NCBI GenBank assembly: GCA_964016885.1
Contig: OZ024742.1
Location: 22,196,001-22,260,000, forward strand
DNA from: Eledone cirrhosa
Lineage: Eukaryota
Length of the DNA: 64,000 nt
Direction: 5' to 3'
Shown: in pieces, positions 42,825-57,300 of the stretch
Layout: each line of letters opens with the position of its first letter
Numbering within the stretch: the stretch's first letter is position 1
Notes under the pieces: model-generated
Databases searched by the model: none
Seen by the model: the letters and a program-made list of their open reading frames with translations, nothing else
What the model was told of the DNA's origin: nothing
Program-made: the position numbers and the translations under genes

Positions 42825-42828
<4 letters not shown>
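41738..42828 (-). mobile_element. 5'-truncated RTE LINE, uninterrupted C-terminal frame
   Basis: ORF 42130-42885 (TGKLTKN...EKTRLT), 3'UTR and tail. Confidence 0.95.
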
Positions 42829-42858
<30 letters not shown>

Positions 42859-42864
<6 letters not shown>

Positions 42865-43762
42865 GTTAAAAATGTACATCCACATATGTATACTGAAACA
42901 CTAGTATGCACATGATTACACACACGTATACATATGTAGATGTACCGAGTTTTTCACTGGTCACTTTACTGTGAGTGTCCAGCTATTCTGTATGTAAACA
43001 CACAGACAAACCGGCTTTTAGAGTCATACAGGTTTTTGAGGAAACACCTTTCCTCTATTCTCCAGAAAGCCAGACAAGGAATATTGAACTAGTTTCGATG
43101 TTGTTACATCTCATCAGCAATATTTACCTATCTTCCGGCATCTCTAGAGAATCGTAAAAGCACATATCGTTATATGCTTTTTCTATGAAAATTAGTAGTG
43201 GGCAGACTAACTTGCATAGAGCGTAAGTACGTACCGGTTCAACGGAGACGATAAAAACAAATAACGAAACGAAATTTAATTCCGTTTCGTTATTTGTTTT
43301 TATCGTCTCCGTTGAACCGGTACGTACTTACGCTCTATGCAAGTTAGTCTGCCCACTACTAATTTTCATAGAAAAAGCATATAACGATATGTGCTTTTAC
43401 GATTCTCTAGAGATGCCGGAAGATAGGTAAATATTGCTGATGAGATGTAACAACATCGAAACTAGTTCAATATTCCTTGTCTGGCTTTCTGGAGAATAGA
43501 GGAAAGGTGTTTCCTCAAAAACCTGTATGACTCTAAAAGCCGGTTTGTCTGTGTGTTTACATACAGAATAGCTGGACACTCACAGTAAAGTGACCAGTGA
43601 AAAACTCGGTACATCTACATATGTATACGTGTGTGTAATCATGTGCATACTAGTGTTTCAGTATACATATGTGGATGTACATTTTTAACTTAATTGTTTA
43701 AGCGTCTGTCATACAAAAGTGAGTTACAAACGAAACGAAATTTAATTCCGTTTCGTTATTTG

Positions 43763-43768
<6 letters not shown>
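42859..43768. mobile_element. Palindromic HHR element, family E (413-bp arms; 466-bp monomer plus 40-bp terminal redundancy)
   Basis: 42859-43271 is the reverse complement of 43283-43695. 43263-43302 is repeated at 43729-43768. (TA)n on both sides. Confidence 0.95.
43430..43474 (+). ncRNA. Canonical minimal type I hammerhead ribozyme (mirror copy 43080-43124, minus)
   Basis: AATATTG-CTGATGA-GATGT-aaca-ACATC-GAA-ACTAGT-T-CAATATT. Predicted cut after GUU at 43467. Confidence 0.9.
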
Positions 43769-43796
<28 letters not shown>

Positions 43797-43798
<2 letters not shown>

Positions 43799-43887
43799 GG
43801 GTGTCCCCAAAAGCTGTATACACACTTTGATTACCTGTACTGGCAATATTTATGTTGAAATGTGTATACATTTTTGGGGACATCATG
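43797..43887. mobile_element. Tc1/mariner-type MITE, about 90 bp
   Basis: TA|CAGGGTGTCCCCAAAAGCTGTATACAC ... GTGTATACATTTTTGGGGACATCATG|TA. Confidence 0.75.
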
Positions 43888-44047
43888 TATATAGATTTAT
43901 TGATAGATAGATATAGATATAGATATAGATATTTAAAGAGACAGACAGATAAAGACACATATAAATAGATAGATAGACAGACAGAGAGACAGACAGACAG
44001 ACAAACAGAGACATACATATAAACAAATAGATAGCGACACAGATAGT

Positions 44048-44136
<89 letters not shown>

Positions 44137-44483
44137 CCATATAAACAAACAAATAGATAGAGACACAGATATATAGATATATAGTTATACAGAGAGCAGT
44201 AGTGTGTCTAGTGAGAGATCTTTCATAGTAAGTTTTCCTTGATTTCTATAATCACGATCTTTTGTCTTTAAGATGAAAACTTTAATGAATAGACTTCCAG
44301 TCTTTGGTATATATTGACTGGAATTTTGGCTGCTTTTGAAGTAGATGTCTATAAAACTTGAAGATTTTCGCATTCTTCAAGAACCTTCAATCAAATATTT
44401 TTCTACAAATATTATTCAATTAGCTCTCCACCTCCACTTCAAATTCCACTTCCTTCCCTCCTCCCCTCCAACTACCCATGTTC

Positions 44484-44635
44484 CTTCTTCTTCTTCTTCT
44501 TCTTCTTCTTCTTCTTCTTCTTCTTCTTCTTCTTCTTCTTCTTCTTCTTCTTCTTCTTCTTCTTCTTCTTCTTCTTCTTCTTCTTCTTCTTCTTCTTCTT
44601 CTTCTTCTTCTTCTTCTTCTTCTTCTTCTTCTTCT
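44484..44635. repeat. (CTT)n microsatellite
   Basis: Seen directly. Confidence 0.98.
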
Positions 44636-44705
44636 ATGTAATTGGACTAAATTCTCTGAGACAAAATATACCATTTTCTATTTACTCAACAGTAACAAAT
44701 AGAAA

Positions 44706-46250
44706 CACCACCACCATCACTGCCACCACCACCAACACCACTAATGCCACCATCACCATCACCAACAACACCACCATCCGCACCACCACCAATAACATCA
44801 CCAACACCACCACCACCAATAACACCACCACCACCAATAAGATCACCACTGCCACCACCACTAATGCCACCAGCAACATCACCACCATCCTCACCACCTC
44901 CAAGAACATCACCACCATCACCACCACCACCACCACCACCACCACTAATGCCACCATCACCAACAACAACATCACCAACAACACCACCATCCCCACCACC
45001 ACCAATAACATCACCACCACCACTAATGCCTTCATCACTAACAACACCAACAACACCAACATGCCCACCACCACCAATAACATTACCACCACCACCACCT
45101 CCACTAATGCCATCATCACCAACAACACCACCATCCGCACCACCACCAATAACATCACCACCACCACTAATGCCTTCATCACTAACAACACCAACAACAC
45201 CAACATGCCCACCACCACCAATAACATTACCACCACCACCACCTCCACTAATGCCATCATCACCAACAACACCACCATCCGCACCACCACCAATAACATC
45301 ACCAACACCACCACCACCACCACTGCCAACACCACTAGTGCCAACACCACCATCACCAACAACACCATCACCACCACCACCACCAACTCCACTAATGCTA
45401 CCATCACCATCACCAACAACAACATCACCAACAACACCAACAACACCACCATCCCCACCACCACCAATAACATCACCACCACCACTGCCAACACCACCAT
45501 CACCAACAACACCATTACCACCACCACCAACTCCACTAATGCTACCATCACCATCACCAACACTACTACCATCACCACCAACAACAACATCCCCTCCGCC
45601 ACCACCTCCACCATCACTGCAAACACCACTAATGCCACCACCAGCATGATCAACACCACAAACACCACCACCACCAACAACAACATCAACAACACGATCA
45701 CCACCACTGCCTACACTACAACCACTGTCATCACCACCACCACCACCACTAACACCACCACTGCCATGCCACTACCACCACCACCACCATCACCACCAAC
45801 ACCGTCACCACCACCACCACCACCACCACTGCCATCACCACTGCCATCACCACCACCACCATTACTAACACCACCACTGCCATGCCACTACCACCACCAC
45901 CACCACCACCACCATCACCACCAACACCGTCACCACCACCACCACCACCACCACCACCACCATTACTAACACCACCACTGCCATACCACTACCACCACCA
46001 CCACCACCACCACTGCCACCACCACCACCACCACCACCATTACTAACACCACCACTGCCATGCCACTACCACCACCTCCACCACCATCACTAACACCACC
46101 ACTGCCATGCCATTACCACCACCACCACCACCATCACTAACACCACCACTGCCATGCCACTACCACCACCACCACCACCACCACCACCACCACCACCATC
46201 ACCACCAACACCGTCACCACCAACACCATCACACCAACAGCAGCACCACA
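44706..46250. repeat. Complex (CAC/CAA/CAT)n satellite with internal longer duplications
   Basis: Trinucleotide-phase low complexity. The block at about 45000-45145 repeats from about 45146. Confidence 0.92.
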
Positions 46251-46654
46251 AACAACAAGAAAATGTGTAGTAGAAGTACCTGTAGTAGAAGTAGTAGTGG
46301 TAACAGCATTAGCAGTGGTAGTAGTTGTAGCAGTAGCTGCAGTAATAGTAATATCAGCAGCAATAGTAGTAGGGTTATTATTATTATTATTATTGTGGAT
46401 TGGCAGTATCGGTAGAGCATCGGGGACCCGGTTTCAAGGCATAGAGTTACGGCCCTTTACATTCTGAGTTCAAATCCTGCCAAAGTTAACTTTACCTTTC
46501 ATCCTTAGGGGGTCGATAAAATAAAGTACCAGTTATGCACTGGTGTCGATTTAATTGACTTTCCCATCATTGCTGGCCTTGTGCCTGAATTAAAATCTAT
46601 TATTATTATTGCTAGTAGTAGTAGTCATGATGGTAGTAATAGTAGTAGTAGTAA

Positions 46655-46706
<52 letters not shown>

Positions 46707-46883
46707 CATGATGGTAGTAGTAGTAGTATGAAGCATGAGAGGCATGAGATAAGAGAGATCAAAAGATTGTCATTGTAAATGTAAGATAGCTGACAGGCTG
46801 CATGTGTGTGTATGTATGTGCGTGTATGTGTGTAAGTGTATATATATGTGTGTGTGTAAGTGTATATATATATATATATATAT

Positions 46884-47605
46884 AATAAAATAAGTCCCTC
46901 ATCAGTGATTTGCCGAAGATCATAGATATTTCATTGCATTAAAAATCATATATCTCACTTCGGTGCAATAATAACCAAAATAAGTTATTAGGACAATTAA
47001 AACGCGTAAAGCGAGTGAGACAGGAGAACAACAGAAAAATTAGCATACCTTAGGGGAGAAACAAGCTTCAAAAATTATTCGTTTAGCATAAGCTAGGTGA
47101 ATATATGAGAGCTGAGATATTTTAATACATATATTTACCACTGCGATTCTGTGTTTTTTTCTCTCTCTCTTACTGTTCCCCCATTCTCTCTGTTTCTCCC
47201 CCTCTGTCTTGTCCGTTAACTCTTCCTCACACTTTCACTCACTCACTGTTTTTCTCCCTCTTCTCTTCATTTCATCCTGCACTCACGAACGCTATTTTTT
47301 CTCTCTCTGCTCAATGGCCTTCGTTTGTGTTGGTACTATTCTCTCAGCTCTCATATATTCACCTAGCTTATGCTAAACGAATAATTTTTGAAGCTTGTTT
47401 CTCCCCTAAGGTATGCTAAATTTTCTGTTGTTCTCCTGTCTCACTCGCTTTACGCGTTTTAATTGTCCTAATAACTTATTTTGGTTATTATTGCACCGAA
47501 GTGAGATATATGATTTTTAATGCAATGAAATATCTATGATCTTCGGCAAATCACTGATGAGGGACTTATTTTATTACATGTTACCATGTACGACCTGCAG
47601 TATTT

Positions 47606-47609
<4 letters not shown>
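46884..47609. mobile_element. Family D fold-back element (about 233-bp arms, CT-rich spacer)
   Basis: 46884-47116 is inverted at 47343-47575, nearly perfectly. Flanked by (TA)n. Confidence 0.9.
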
Positions 47610-47699
<90 letters not shown>

Positions 47700-47703
<4 letters not shown>

Positions 47704-48375
47704 GAAACTATATTTATAAAACCATATTTATTCTTTTATATATATTTCAAGGGTACCAAAACTTTTGTACGCTTTCATCAGATAAAATGCAAAGTGTGTT
47801 TTATAAATTTTGACATAACCAAGAAAAATACCTTAACGGTTCAAGTTTTCCTTGGATAGTGAAGGGATAAGAGAAGAAAAGTCAGATATTTCAAATTGTT
47901 AAGATGAGTATGCAAATGATGTTGAAAAAATGTTATTTTAGACGCTATGGAGAATTTAAATAATTATGATATGTGTATGTATGCATAGAAGAAAAATGAA
48001 GAAGAGCTTGTATTTACGTTAATTTGGGGGAAAGGTGGAATATGATTCCAGAGTTTAAATTTAAATTTATTTACCTATATTATGAGTTATAATATTGTAT
48101 ATATGGACGTTAAACGAAGATGATGATGATGATGAATCAATTAGATTATATGAAGAATTATGGTTATAAGTATTTTTATCTTATTACATTACAATAGGTT
48201 ATATGTATATAAATATCTATATAGATTAATAATTGTGCATGTATTAGTATTATAGAAATAGAAATAATTTACAATTATTAATTGTTTCTAATATGAAAAA
48301 CAGTTGAGTGCTCTGAATCAGTTATTAACATTTATATTTGTTGAATTACCAACAAATTGAATATCCCTTTTGCTT
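47700..48375. mobile_element. Family A pLTR-like element (minus arm 47700-47935; plus tail 48290-48375)
   Basis: Homologous to 9417-9580, including the TTTCAAGGGTACC...CTTTCATCAG HHR-like core, and to 9311-9385 in reverse complement. Confidence 0.75.
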
Positions 48376-48376
48376 A

Positions 48377-48703
48377 TCATCATCATCATTTTACGTCCAC
48401 TTTTCCCTGCTTGCAAGAGTGGGATGGGAACTGATTCTGGCTTGATTTCTACAGCTGGATGCCCTTCCTAACACCAACCTCATTTGCAGTGAGTGGTGGG
48501 TGCTTTTTTGCGGTGGAACCTACACGACCACTTTGCAGTGGAATGATAGGGACCTCAGTCTCTATCATCTCATTTCTACAGCTGCTTAAACTGGAGCAAT
48601 GTGAAATAAAGTGTCTTGCTCAAGGAAACAACACATCACCCGGTCTGAGAATTGAACTCACAACCTTGCGATTGCAAGCCCAATGCTCTAACCACTAGGC
48701 CAT
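48377..48703 (-). mobile_element. tRNA-derived SINE with RTE tail
   Basis: Same family as 511-850. Confidence 0.9.
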
Positions 48704-48715
48704 ATATAGTCTTCA

Positions 48716-48873
48716 AGTTTATATGAGCTGGAAAGCAGGTGTGATTTCATGTGTGGGCAACTGGTAAAAATTTCCGTCTTTGTGTTCAGGCAGGTATTAA
48801 ATTTTGCTCTGATATTTACATAGAGCACTCTTCATTTCTATGACTTTTTCTGTTTCCAACGGAAATTTCAATA

Positions 48874-48875
<2 letters not shown>
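48716..48875 (-). mobile_element. Inverted PLE fragment (GIY-YIG C-terminal tip plus GAGTGCTCT tail segment)
   Basis: 48716-48814 is the reverse complement of 49999-50097. Confidence 0.75.
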
Positions 48876-48912
<37 letters not shown>

Positions 48913-48913
48913 C

Positions 48914-48992
<79 letters not shown>

Positions 48993-48994
48993 AA

Positions 48995-49782
48995 GGTGTT
49001 AAAGTTTGCTTGAAGCATTGTGAAATGTGTAAAAATACGTATTTAAGAAAGCCACAACAATGCAAAGGGAAATCTCGAGGTAGGAAGTGAAATATAGATA
49101 GGAAAAACAGGTGAAAGTGAAAGTTGAGAGAGACAAAGATGAAAACAAAACAAAGGTAGAAGGGTTACCGTAGTAGAGATTTTAATCCCAATATTTCGGG
49201 CTCACGCCCATCAACGGGGGAAAAGTTAATTTGGCAACCGAGTTTGGCACGATTCTCCGATAGTCTGAATAGGTCCCTTATGGGTGCAAACAAGTCCTGG
49301 CTCAGGTGTAATGATAAGAGGGTGTTAAAGTTTGCTTGAAGCATTGTGAAATGTGTAAAAATACGTATTTAAGAAAGCCACAACAATGCAAAGGGAAATC
49401 TCGAGGTAGGAAGTGAAATATAGATAGGAAAAACAGGTGAAAGTGAAAGTTGAGAGAGACATTTCACATTTCACAATGCTTCAAGCAAACTTTAACACCC
49501 TCTTATCATTACACCTGAGCCAGGACTTGTTTGCACCCATAAGGGACCTATTCAGACTATCGGAGAATCGTGCCAAACTCGGTTGCCAAATTAACTTTTC
49601 CCCCGTTGATGGGCGTGAGCCCGAAATATTGGGATTAAAATCTCTACTACGGTAACCCTTCTACCTTTGTTTTGTTTTCATCTTTGTCTCTCTCAACTTT
49701 CACTTTCACCTGTTTTTCCTATCTATATTTCACTTCCTACCTCGAGATTTCCCTTTGCATTGTTGTGGCTTTCTTAAATACG

Positions 49783-49787
<5 letters not shown>
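48995..49787. mobile_element. Family F element: 326-bp monomer x1.4 (minus) plus inverted monomer (plus), HHR-like core
   Basis: GGTGTTAAAGTTTGC at 48995 and 49321. 49033-49355 is inverted at 49465-49787. Motif TCCC-CCGTTGAT-GGGC-gtga-GCCC-GAAATATT-GGGA at 49599-49634. Confidence 0.9.
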
Positions 49788-49820
<33 letters not shown>

Positions 49821-49826
49821 CTCTGA

Positions 49827-49891
<65 letters not shown>

Positions 49892-49897
49892 CTCTGA

Positions 49898-49954
<57 letters not shown>

Positions 49955-49960
49955 CTCTGA

Positions 49961-51676
<1,716 letters not shown>

Positions 51677-51745
51677 CTAGTGGTTAGAGCATTGGGCTTG
51701 CAATCGAAAGGTTGTGAGTTCAATATATATATATATATAGAGAGA

Positions 51746-52424
51746 GAAGATGAATATAAAATGAAAGTGCTTTTATAAAGAAATTTATTAGGTATTGACA
51801 TATGTTTCTGTAACAGACGGAATACCTATGTATCGCTGCTTGCGTAATCATATAATGTTAGCAAGTATTCGATAGCGAATGTATAATCAGTTGTCACTTC
51901 TTCAGAGATATTGGATAAATTGGAAAAAATCAGAAAAATCAAAGTATTTATATTAGTTGTAAGAAAGGAAGAAGAGAGGGGATAGTATATGACAGATGGC
52001 AATTCAATTTGCTGGTAAACAAGTATATAGAAGGTTTTTAATGAAAATACAATGAGTATATGGCTTATTTTATCTAAATAAGAATTTTGGGAGTGCCTAT
52101 TTTAATCTATATTTGACCAATTGAACAATGGACAGGGCTCGTCGTTTGGTGTAGTAGTATTAATACAGATATAAAGTGTCAATTAAGGAAGAGGGAGATT
52201 TTTACTGCTACTGTATAACAACAATGCTGGTAGCCTGCTGGTATATGCATTAAGGAATTGAATTAAGAAATCTATTTTTATCTATAGCAGTTTATATTAA
52301 ATGGTAAAGAATAGAAGAGTTGATAGAATTAAGACTAATAGAGAATGTTAATATGTATTTTGACAATCAAACGGAGATGGAGACAGGCGTTCAATCCTGG
52401 TAGCGTTTGTAATATGAAAATGTA
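51746..52424 (-). mobile_element. PLE segment A (inverted pLTR / 3' region)
   Basis: Reverse complement of 53598-54277. Confidence 0.92.
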
Positions 52425-54390
52425 AAAATATTAGAAAGCTTTTTAAGGAACTAGGATTAAATATTACGTTTGAATATAACCGCAAAGAGGTTAATTTCCT
52501 TGATGTTACTTTGAATCTCAATACAGAAACGATTAAACCGTTCCATAAACTAAATGAGAACCTTAAATATGTAAATACGGGTTCTAACCATCCACCCTTT
52601 ATAATTAAATCCATCCCTAGAAATATTTCCCTTAGAAACTCCCGCCTGTCGTCCAACCAGCAAACCTTCAAAGAACATGCCGAATATTATGATGAAGCAC
52701 TTAGCAAGGCTGGACACCTAGATAATATAGAGTATATAGTCGACGATCACAAAAACACCCAAAATAAATCTCATAGAGGTAGAAATAGCATAGAATCACC
52801 ACCATACATACACTACCGCAATAGACACACTAATAGTCGCACACCACCAAACAGAAGTCGATGTAAAGAGTATATATGGTACAACCCGGTCTATAACAAC
52901 TCTATTAAAACCAATCTACCCTCACAATTCTTTCGATTAGTTAAAAAACACTTTTCAACATCACATAAATATAATAAAATCTTAAACCCTAACACTATTC
53001 GACTTTCATATTCAACCGCCCCGAATATTGAACAACATATAAAAAAGCTTAACGCTAAACGGTTGTATAAACGCCTTCCAACACATAACAATACACGTAA
53101 AACATCGGCTATAACATCACAAAACAACAAACAACATCCCGTCCTGCCTAAGCAACCTCATCAACCCATCCATGGTAATACAACAACGCATAATTATAAC
53201 TGTAACTGTGTCCAACCAGGAATGTGTTCGTTGAACAATCAGTGTCTTGAACACAACATCATATACAAATGTACTATTGAATCGGGTAGCCAGAAGTGGT
53301 ACTATGTGGGGTCTACAGCTACCTCCTTCAAATCTCGCCTTTATAGACATCGTTACTCGATAAAACATGAAAACCAGCGTTATGTAACAACACTCGCAAA
53401 CAAGGCTTGGCAGCTGCGCGAAAATAACCAACAATTTAACCTAAAATGGGATATAATAGCAGCTGTCCCTGCATATTTCCAAGGACAGGAATTTTGTAAA
53501 TTGTGTAATAAGGAATTATTTTGTATTATGAAATCCAAAAATATTTTATTAAATAACAGAATAGAGCGATCGTTATACTGTAACCATCGCTTGAAATCTA
53601 CATTTTCATATTACAAACGCTACCAGGATTGAACTCCTGTCTCCATCTCCGTTTGATTGTCAAAATACATATTAACATTGTCTATTAGTCTTAATTCTAT
53701 CAACTCTTCTATTATTTACCATTTAATATAAACTGCTATAGATAAAAATAGATTTCTTAATTCAATTCCCTAATGCATATACCAGCAGGCTACCAGCATT
53801 GTTGTTATACAGTAGCAGTGAAAATCTCCCTCTTCCTTAATTGACACTTTATATCTGTATTAATACTACTACACCAAACGACCAGCCCTGTCCATTGTTC
53901 AATTGGTCAAATATAGATTAAAATAGGCACTCCCAAAAATTCTTATTTAGATAAAATAAGCCATATACTCATTGTATTCTCATTAAAAACTTTCTATATA
54001 CTTGTTTACCAGTAAATTATATTGCCATCTGTCATATACTATCCCCTCTCTTCTTCCTTTCTTACAACTAATATAAATACTTCAATTTTTCTGATTTTTT
54101 CCAATTTATCCAATATCTCTGAAGAAGTGACAACTGATTATACATTTGCTATCGAATACTTGCTAACATTATATGATTACGCAAGCAGCGATACATAGGT
54201 ATTCCGTCTGTTACAGAAAGATATGTCAATACCTAATAAATTCCTTTATAAAAGCACTTTCATTTTATATTCATCTTTTCTACATTTCTCCGGAATATAA
54301 ATTATACTCGTTGAGCAAACCTACACGTATGTTGTTCATCTCTAACGTGACGATATATTATCACTACATTATTGATAACTTGAAATTTTT
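52422..54390 (+). mobile_element. PLE segment B (RT thumb, GIY-YIG endonuclease, pLTR)
   Basis: ORF 52511-53632: SNHPP, WYNP, CNC..C..C, IIY..YYVGST..FKSR..H, CKLC..E, LNNR. Confidence 0.95.
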
Positions 54391-54396
54391 ATATAT

Positions 54397-57300
54397 AGAA
54401 AAGATGAATATAAAATGAAAGTGCTTTTCTATAGGAATTTATTAGGTATTGACATATCTTTCTGTAACAGACGGAATACCTATGTATCGCTGCTTGCGTA
54501 ATCATATAATGTTAGCAAGTATTCTTCAGAGATATTGGATAAATTGGAAAAAATCAGAAAAATCAAAGTATTTATGTTAGTTGTAATAAAGGAAGAAGAG
54601 AAGGGATAATATATGACAGATGGCAGTTCCATTTGCTGGTAAACAAGTATATAGAAGGTTTTTAATGAGAATACAATGAGTATATGGCTTATTTTATCTA
54701 AATAAGTATATGGCTTATTTTATCTAAATAAGAATTTTTGGGAGTGCCTATTTTAATCTATATTTGACCAGTTGAACAATGGACAGGGCTGGTCGTTTGG
54801 TATAGTAGTATTAATGCAGATATAAAGTGTCAAGTAAGGAAGAGAGAGATGTTCACTGCTACTGTATAACAACAATGCTGGTAGCCTGCTGGTATATGCA
54901 TTAGGGAATTGAATTAAGAAATCTCATTTTATCTATAGCAGTTTATATTAAATGGTAAAGAATAGAAGAGTTGAGAGAATTAAGAGTAATAGAGAATGTT
55001 AATATGTGTTTTGACAATCAAACGGAGATGGAGACAGGTGTTCAATCCTGGTAGCGTTTGTAATATGAAAATGTAGATTTCAAGCGATGGTTACAGTATA
55101 ACGATCGCTCTATTCTGTTATTTAATAAAATATTTTTGGATTTCATAATACAAAATATTTCCATTTACACAATTTACAAAATTCCTGTCCTTGGAAATAT
55201 CCCATTTTAGGTTAATTGTTGGTTATTTTCGCGCAGATACCAAGCCTTGTCTGCGAGTGTTGTTACATAACGCTGGTTTTCATGTTTTATCGAGTAACGA
55301 TGTCTATAAAGGCGAGATTTGAAGGAGGTAGCTGTAGACCCCACATAGTACCACTTCTGGCTACCCGATTCGATAGTACATTTGTATATGATGTTGCGTT
55401 CAAGACACTGATTGTTCAACGAACACATTCCTGGTTGGACACAGTTACAGTTATAATTATGCGTTGTTGTATTACCATGGATGGGTTGATGAGGTTGCTT
55501 AGGCAGGACGGGATGTTGTTTGTTTTGTGATGTTATAGCCGATGTTTTACGTGTATTGTTATGTGTTGGAAGGCGTTTATACAACCGTTTTGCGTTAAGC
55601 TTTTTTATGTTGTTCAATATTCGGTGCGGTTGAATATGAAAGTCGAATAGTGTTAGGGTTTAAGATTTTATTATATTTATGTGATGTTGGAAAATGTTTT
55701 TTAACTAATCGAAATAATTGTGAGGGTAGATTGGTTTTAATAGAGTTTTTATAGACCACGTTGTACCATATATACTCTTTACATCGCCTTCTGTTTTGTG
55801 GTGTGCGACTATTAGTGTGTCTATTGCGGTAGTGTATGTATGGTGGTGATTCTATGCTATTTCTACCTCTATGAGATTTATTTTGGGTGTTTTGGTGATC
55901 GTCGACTATATACTCTATATTATCTAGGTGTCCAGCCTTCCTAAGTGCTTCATCATAATATTCGGCATGTTCTTTGAAGGTTTGCTGGTTGGACAACAGG
56001 CGGGAGATTCTAAGGGAAATATTTCTAGGGATGGATTTAATTATAAAGGGTGGATGGTTAGAATCCGTATTTACATATTTAAGGTTCTCATTTAGTTTAT
56101 GGAACGGTTTAATCATTTCTGTATTGAGATTCAAAGTAACATCAAGTAAATTAACCTCTTTGAGATTATATTCAAACGTAATATTTAATCCTAGTTCCTT
56201 AAAAAGTTTCTAATATTTTTACGCATCCTTTCTAAATTCTGGTTATTCATATGCTTAACTAATAGGAGCGCATCGTCACGGTAGAGTCCACCGTGGAGAT
56301 CCTTGAATTTTCCTTGTAGTCTGTGGGTGATATAAATTCCCACAAGATCAGTTACTTCCGCCGAATCATTGGAACCCATAGTTATATCAAAATTAGAAGG
56401 TCTATCTTTGCGATCCCAGTAGCTATCATCAAATTTAACTTAAATAGTTTTTCTCGCTTCCATAATAATACTAATTTCATCATCCGTAAGGTCGGAGTTA
56501 GCCTTAGCGAACGAAAGGGCTTCATGCAGTGTATTAGGTGAGATTGAGGAATAATATTCATCAATATCGAACTGAATAAATTTTGATTTCTTCTTATCAG
56601 TAATGCTATTAAACCATCTTATTGCCTCATGGGTGTTACCCCATGGTTTAATATCTACTTTAGTCTTAACTTGGGGGATAATTCTGTCTAATATATATTT
56701 GCTAATTTTGCCTGTATCAGATTTAGAGGGGCATATAAGTCTAATTTTAGGGTCAGTATCGAAGTTTACCTTATGGTTGAAGGATGGTGTAGCTGGTGTT
56801 AAGGGTTGCGTTCTATCGTCAATACAAAGTTTTTTAACAATTTCACATGCCGAGTTGTTGATGTTTCTAAGTGTAGCTTCATTAGTTTTCTTGTATTTTT
56901 TATGCAATTCTTTACGGATGAAGTTATTGGAAGTGTCCACATCCATGGTATATACGTTTGATGTTTTGTCTGCTCTAACAATAATTCCATTGGTGTGTTT
57001 TAGATTATTGAGCAGTGGTGTGATGTCATTCTGTAGTTTATTGTTTTTCCGTTTTGTAAATTTAATCTCCATGATCGTATCCATTAGGTCCTGTTCAATT
57101 GCATCCAAAAGTGGGTTTGAGGGTGGGTTTTTGTAAGATTTAAATCCAAATTTATCCTTGTTAAGATCCGATGTTTGGTTTATACGGCTTTTTCAAAATG
57201 GAATGTTTTCCATCTGATTCGTCGAATAAAATCATTGGTCCTTCGTATCATACCTAGAATATATTCCTTTTTTGCCTGAATAGGTATGTTTTTTAACGAC

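Noticed and set aside
42975-43579. Identical 60-aa ORFs on opposite strands
   Set aside because: A by-product of the palindrome; non-ATG start and no recognisable domain.
44682-46415. Pro-, Thr-, His- or Val-rich ORFs resembling extensin or mucin
   Set aside because: Open in several frames on both strands because of (CAC)n-type repeats; no splice or unique-domain evidence.
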